A stretch of 64,000 nt of DNA from an uncultured Chthonomonadaceae bacterium (GTDB lineage Bacteria; Armatimonadota; Chthonomonadetes; Chthonomonadales; Chthonomonadaceae). The position numbers were made by a program, and so were the translations under genes. The stretch lies in NCBI GenBank assembly GCA_963817895.1, contig CAWFQB010000014.1:384001-448000 (forward strand). Direction: 5' to 3'. The first letter of the stretch is position 1. Every line of letters starts with the position of its first letter. Below, piece by piece: positions 56,692-64,000 of this stretch. Below the pieces are notes generated by a model. It worked only from the letters and a program-made list of their open reading frames with translations, made no database searches and had not been told where the DNA came from.

Positions 56692-59217
56692 TTACGGTTT
56701 AACACTGAGCCGCAGGAGCGTGAGCGAGTGAGGCAGGAATGTTCTGCGGAACGATGCCGAAGCGTTGGTAATCGATTCCTGCTTCGGCGCAATGTTCATC
56801 GGCTGTTCGACGGTATTCATCGCTCCCGGTTCGCCGGTAAGAACGACGGCTGTGCCTTTCGACTCTACTTTGCCGACTCCCCGAAGGCGAATATCCATGT
56901 CTACCGGATCGCTGCCGGGGTTAACGACCTTGACAAAGACCGTGTGATTGGAAGCGGTATACGTTGCCGAGGTGATGACCGGAGGCGGGGCGGAAGCGAC
57001 AGCTTCGTTTGTCTCCGACACGAGTTTGCCGTCCACGAAGCCGCGAATATGATGGCCTGTCACCTCCAGTTTGAGGTCGTACCAGCGGCCCGTTTCCACC
57101 ATAAACGGGACGCCCTCCCCATAGGGCACACGATCCCCGTTATCAGCAGCTTCAAATCGCGCCAGCGTGTTGCCCCACCCTCCAACATTCCACCAGCGGT
57201 AACTGTCACGGTCTTTCGCATGGAAGAGAACAATGAAACCTTCGCGGCCTGCCATTTTGCGCGCCCGGAGCTGAATCGTGTAGTTGGTCCAGTTTGCATC
57301 GCCTGTTATAGCCCACGATTCGGAATCGCCGTTGACGGGCAGGATCGTATTATTTCGCCCATCCCATCTGCCGCCCGCAGTTTGCCAGCCGGCGAGGTTT
57401 GCCGTAGGCGCAACTGTCAGAAGAGCATGACCGTCCGGGGCTGTCACCTTGATGTCAGTGTATTCCACTTGCGTATGCCACGTTCCGACTCCGATACCGC
57501 CATGCGGCGAGGGTTCCGGCGTTGGCTGATACGGCTCCACTTTGAGGCCGGATGAGAGAGCGGTCTCGCCGCGATTTTTGGCAAGCATAGACTGGGCATA
57601 GTAGCTTGGCGAACCGAAACTGTTGAGCGCGTTGTAGCCAATCAGGTTTGTTCCCCACTGCGACGCGCCGGGATTCACGTTGACCAGCAGGGGCGCGTAG
57701 CATTCGATGGGAATCACGTCCGCATTCTGTTCCAGTTCCATAACGAATGCGGCGTCGGCAAGAGCGGCATTCAGGTTCGGCGTGGGGCGCCCCTCCTGCG
57801 TGGCCCACTCGCCCACAAATGTCTGGATACCGTCCGGCTGCCGCCCGTTCCATGCGCCGCCGTTGAACCGCAGCGGTTTCGCCTCGCCTGCCTGCGGGTC
57901 GTACTGACGCCCCTGCATCATCAACTGGCGCGCGCTGCGATAGAAGTGGTCATCAACCATATCGGGCTTGAAACTCTTGACCGGAGCGGTCGCGATAATT
58001 TTGAGATAGGGATATTTCGCGCGGATCGCTTTCGCCATTTGCGTGAACCGGCCATCGTAACTTCCCGATCTGTCGAACCAGTCTTCGTTGCCGATTTCCA
58101 CATAGCGCAGAGTGAATGGTTCGGGTAAGCCGTCGGCCGCGCGCTGTTTCCCCCATTTACTGGTCGCCGGCCCGCTGACATATTCGATCTCTTCGAGAGC
58201 TTCCTGAGTATACTGCTCCATCTCCGGGCTGCCCGCATCGACATGGTTCCCGTTTAGAACATAGCCCGCAAAAACGGCCAGAATCGGTTCGGCTTTGAGC
58301 TGCTTACACCACAGCAGATATTCCGGCATACCAAACCCATCGGAGGAACGATACCCCCAGCAACCCATGTGACCCGGACGCAGTTCGGCGGGACCGATCA
58401 TTTGTTTCCAGTTGAAGCGGGTTGGGAACGTGCTGCCCTCCACATAGTTGCCTCCGGGCAGGCGGATAAATGCCGGACGCAGATCCTCCATCAGCTTCAT
58501 CAAGTCCGGGCGCAACCCGTTGGGCGTATTTTTGTACGTCGGTGGGAAGAGCGACACAAGGCTGAAGGACACGCTGCCGGTTCCCGCAGCGGAAAGGACG
58601 AAACGGGCTTTCGTCGTAGTCGGCGCATCGTGGCCGGTCGTGAGTGTGACGGTATATTTTCCCCACGCGCCGGAGATCGGCTTCGTGGTCGCTTTCGCAA
58701 CGGTGGCGTTGCCCTCATCCGCGACGAGCGATGCCGTTATGGAACCCGTAAAGCCCTGTCCGCTTTTGGCGTAGAAACTGGCGGTGTATTTGGTGTTGGG
58801 CCGAACGGGAATGCCCCAGTAGCCGTCGTTCGCCACGCCCGCCGAACCACCGGAGAGGTCGAGACGCAGGCTGATCGGCAGGGCGCTGTTCACCGGATCG
58901 TTGCGCTCAATACTCGCCTTGCCGCCCCCAATCAGCGACCAGTGGACGGGCAAATCCTGCTGCTGCGCCTGCTGGCGACGGGGAGGCGGGTCCTGAAAGG
59001 TACGGTTCTGAATCAATTCGGCAAAGAGTCCGCCGTCGTAGCTGTGGTTGATCTCCTCGGTCATAAGACCGCCAAAGGTGGGCGGTATCGCCGGACCTTT
59101 CTTGCTCAGGTCAATGTCAAGCGTCGCCTTTACATCTGCGCGCGCTGCCTGTATCGGCAGGGAGCAGAAGGCTGATAGAAGCGCGGTATACGCGGCTGCG
59201 GGTCGCAAAGTTTTCAT
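56692..59217 (-). CDS. GH51 alpha-L-arabinofuranosidase with inserted lectin-like domain
   Basis: EEINHSYDGG, RLPGGNYVEG, VEIGNED, FVGEWA, YAPLL. Confidence 0.92.
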   Translation of the reverse strand: MKTLRPAAAYTALLSAFCSLPIQAARADVKATLDIDLSKKGPAIPPTFGGLMTEEINHSYDGGLFAELIQNRTFQDPPPRRQQAQQQDLPVHWSLIGGGKASIERNDPVNSALPISLRLDLSGGSAGVANDGYWGIPVRPNTKYTASFYAKSGQGFTGSITASLVADEGNATVAKATTKPISGAWGKYTVTLTTGHDAPTTTKARFVLSAAGTGSVSFSLVSLFPPTYKNTPNGLRPDLMKLMEDLRPAFIRLPGGNYVEGSTFPTRFNWKQMIGPAELRPGHMGCWGYRSSDGFGMPEYLLWCKQLKAEPILAVFAGYVLNGNHVDAGSPEMEQYTQEALEEIEYVSGPATSKWGKQRAADGLPEPFTLRYVEIGNEDWFDRSGSYDGRFTQMAKAIRAKYPYLKIIATAPVKSFKPDMVDDHFYRSARQLMMQGRQYDPQAGEAKPLRFNGGAWNGRQPDGIQTFVGEWATQEGRPTPNLNAALADAAFVMELEQNADVIPIECYAPLLVNVNPGASQWGTNLIGYNALNSFGSPSYYAQSMLAKNRGETALSSGLKVEPYQPTPEPSPHGGIGVGTWHTQVEYTDIKVTAPDGHALLTVAPTANLAGWQTAGGRWDGRNNTILPVNGDSESWAITGDANWTNYTIQLRARKMAGREGFIVLFHAKDRDSYRWWNVGGWGNTLARFEAADNGDRVPYGEGVPFMVETGRWYDLKLEVTGHHIRGFVDGKLVSETNEAVASAPPPVITSATYTASNHTVFVKVVNPGSDPVDMDIRLRGVGKVESKGTAVVLTGEPGAMNTVEQPMNIAPKQESITNASASFRRTFLPHSLTLLRLSVKP

Positions 59218-59323
59218 ATTTCATCTCAACTCACCGGGTTAGAATTGTTTGTAACAGGATTTGGAAGCGCTGTCGGGTATGCGGCACTCATGGCGTGTTT
59301 GTGCCGCATACTGCCGCATCGCG

Positions 59324-61402
<2,079 letters not shown>

Positions 61403-62482
61403 TCAGGTAGGAGGAGACATGCAGGTCGCCCCCTCCAGCATGGTTACCGGAATGCTTCTCTCCGGCAAAGGCGTTTCAGGATTTTGGATTTTCTCAAGCA
61501 ACATATCCACGGCGGATATGCCTACCTGTTCCATGGCGTTGCTCACCGTTTGAATGGGAATGAAGAAGCGGTCATCAATCCCGTGATGAAACTGAAGCAG
61601 AGAAAGGTCTTCGGGGATGCGCAAACGCAGTATATACGCCGCGCGAACCACCGCCATTGCCTCCGCGAGTTCGTACGCGATCACGGCGGTGGGCCGGTCT
61701 TGACGCGCCAGCAAATGCAGCGCCGATTCCACCCGTTGATCCACACCGGATTGTCCGGCTGCCTGCCAGTCTTTCGGGAGCAGCCAAACACGGACGTTTC
61801 TCCCCGTCCCTGTCATGGTTTGTTCATAGCCCAGGCGACGATCCTGCTTGCTGTAATGCCGATTTCCTGGTTCGTGGGTATCTACATAAACAATGCGCTC
61901 ATGTCTGAGACGGAGCATAAAATCGGTCGCCATCCGTCCACCCATAAGGTCGTCTGGATGAACGCAGTCGAATTCTTGCCGAACGTTCAGGAAGACTGCG
62001 GGTATGCGAAGCCGGTGAATTCGTTCCAGATAAGGCAGCGTAGATTCTACGTGACGGTTAATCAAAACGCCATCTGCGGACAGGTCACGCAGGGTATGGG
62101 GAAGATAGGATTCCTCATCAAAGACATGCTCACGCGCCTGTGTCAATGTCAGGTGTAAATCTTTATCCGCAATCGCCCGTGTCAACCCATTGAGCAGTTC
62201 GTTGGGAAGATACTGTCCACATGTTGACTGAATCAGGGCAATATTTCCAAATCGCCCATCCCGAATAGCGCGCGCGGAGGCGTTCGCCCGGTATCCCAAC
62301 TCCTGAGCGGCTTCCAGAACCCGACGCTGCGTGTCGGGCCGAATGCGTAATTCCGCCGCCTTGCCGTTTAGAACATGCGTCACAGTCGCCCGCGAGAGAC
62401 CTATATGCGCGGCTATGGTCGCAATGGTCGGATGAGAAGTGCGCGTTGGCGGCGTTGATTGCAATTTGGGGTCTGTTGACAA
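61403..62482 (-). CDS. LacI family transcriptional regulator
   Basis: TIATIAAHIGLSRATVTHVLNG, ELGYRAN, IPEDLSL. Confidence 0.92.
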   Translation of the reverse strand: MSTDPKLQSTPPTRTSHPTIATIAAHIGLSRATVTHVLNGKAAELRIRPDTQRRVLEAAQELGYRANASARAIRDGRFGNIALIQSTCGQYLPNELLNGLTRAIADKDLHLTLTQAREHVFDEESYLPHTLRDLSADGVLINRHVESTLPYLERIHRLRIPAVFLNVRQEFDCVHPDDLMGGRMATDFMLRLRHERIVYVDTHEPGNRHYSKQDRRLGYEQTMTGTGRNVRVWLLPKDWQAAGQSGVDQRVESALHLLARQDRPTAVIAYELAEAMAVVRAAYILRLRIPEDLSLLQFHHGIDDRFFIPIQTVSNAMEQVGISAVDMLLEKIQNPETPLPERSIPVTMLEGATCMSPPT

Positions 62483-62683
62483 CTAGCATCCTCTCAATTC
62501 CGTGCCATCCCGAACATGCTAATTCGTGATAGCAGAGTATAACGCAGATCAACCATCGTGTCAAGCAATAATTTTCGAGTTTTCGATTTTATCCAATCCG
62601 TCCATAGTTCTGTTTCTCTTCTTCTGCCGGCGAGCGTAAACACGTGCGGGGCTAGCGCGAAAGAGGACCCGCATTTCGCCCGC

Positions 62684-63949
62684 TCATTTTATCGGAAGTG
62701 GAGGCAACACGGGAGCAAGCGGCGTGTTTTTGTGGAAAGCCTGTGTGATCTCCCCGGCGAGGCGCAGGTACCAGTCGCCTGGCAGGTCAAAGCCATCGGC
62801 GTCCAGGGTCAGCCAGTAGCCCTGATCCGGCGCGTCTGCGCGGTGAGAGGCCGCTTTGAACATAGCGGTTCCCTCGTTTACCTCGTCGAACATGGCGATC
62901 TTGAGCATATGCGCGCCCGCCGCGCGGGCATTGACCGCCTGACGCCACAGAAATTCGCCCTTCAGACGCGGGATCTGGTTTTGGGGTGAGCGGGATTGAG
63001 ATTGTGCCAGGAGAAACCGGGGAAGATGACCGGCATATAAAGCTGGTTATGCGCAGCCGTGGCCGCCAGGTCGGGGACGAGTTGCTCCGTTTTCCAGCGA
63101 TCGACTCCGGCAAGATCGCCATAGCGTCCCACTGTCCAGGGCTGAACTACGTCCATCGCCTGATACACGCCCGTCCAGCGCCGGATCGGGGTTCGCATCG
63201 CGTGTTCGGGAGCGCCAGTAGGCGGGCGTTCCGCCGATATAGGTCGTGCCCGCCGTATTCTGAAACCAGCGGATGATAGCGAGGGCTGCCGCGGTATCGG
63301 AGGGAGGATGGCTTTGATCGCTCAGTCCCATGCCCCACACGGAGACAACCGGCTTGCCCTTATGGTGCAGATAGCGCGGGCTTGCGGTGATATGCAGATC
63401 ATTGACCAGGTAGTTCCAGTCCTTCTGCAGAATGTCCGCCATCGTGTCGGCATGCGCGCCGCTGATATCGTACTCGATGGCGAAGGTTCGGCCCGTCTTC
63501 TCCGCGGCGGCCATGATGTTCTTCAGCACGCCATCGCCCTGCGCCCGGCTGCCGGGTATATCGCTGAGGAAGCGCTGCACCAGCACGCCGTCAAGCCCAT
63601 ACTGCTTCATCCACTCGAAGTGCTTCATCACGACGTTCTTGTTGAAGGAAGAGAACAGGTAGGCGGGCTTGGCGCCGATCGTCTCGCCGGGGATAGGGCA
63701 GAGATCCTTCGTATCAAACTCGCTCAGATCGGGGTAGAGGTCGACGGTCATGGAATCGGCGGACGGAACGCCGCGCGACCAGTGGCTCCAGCCGACATTC
63801 GAGCCGTCGCCGGGCGTGCGGAACCAGCCCTGATAGCCGAACAGCACCTTGCCGTCCAGCGTGGAGGCATCGACGGTCTTCTGCGCGCCGGCGACGTTCA
63901 CAGCGGCAAGCAGGAATATCACGAGAAGAGCGGGAACGGAAATGTTCAT
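62684..63949 (-). CDS. GH71/99-like glycoside hydrolase (2-3 frameshifts)
   Basis: GYQGWF..GD..WSHW, HFEWMKQYGLDG, PWTVGRY, FPGFSWHNL, AMFDEVNEGTA. Confidence 0.8.
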
Positions 63950-64000
63950 GGAATCTCCTGTCAGTTTAAGATTAAGGCCCGTTTAAGACCCGAAATGTGT

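Overview
GC-rich bacterial chromosomal window. PEP-CTERM, DUF1501/DUF1553, BTAD-ATPase regulators and many CAZymes suggest an Armatimonadota/PVC-like diderm; the taxonomy is an inference. About 30 small indels split otherwise intact genes, most likely long-read consensus errors, so split ORFs are reported as joined genes. Contents in order: Uma2 nuclease; DUF1553-DUF1501-WD40 operon; ECF42 sigma/VOC/YciI/DUF899 locus; diheme cytochrome c-C-type lectin fusion; a 6 kb segment bracketed by a duplicated GH43 3' end (apparent integration scar); a xylan/pectin CAZyme cluster (GH43, CE15-GH10 fusion, ricin-esterase-lactonase, GH78, beta-helix); a candidate immune/conflict cluster at 29.1-38.0 kb (OM beta-barrel, exported WD40-caspase, TIR-NB-ARC-TPR, TRPM-like SLOG/LSDAT, double SLATT) flanked by two peptidoglycan hydrolases; a broken HNH pair with a 59 bp palindrome; DUF4838 and GH-like genes; furA-katG; truncated remnants; and a second arabinoxylan cluster (CE1 esterases, GH43, GH51, LacI, GH71/99-like). 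No rRNA, tRNA, CRISPR array or intact transposase/integrase was seen. The top lead is the TIR-NLR + SLOG + SLATT module.
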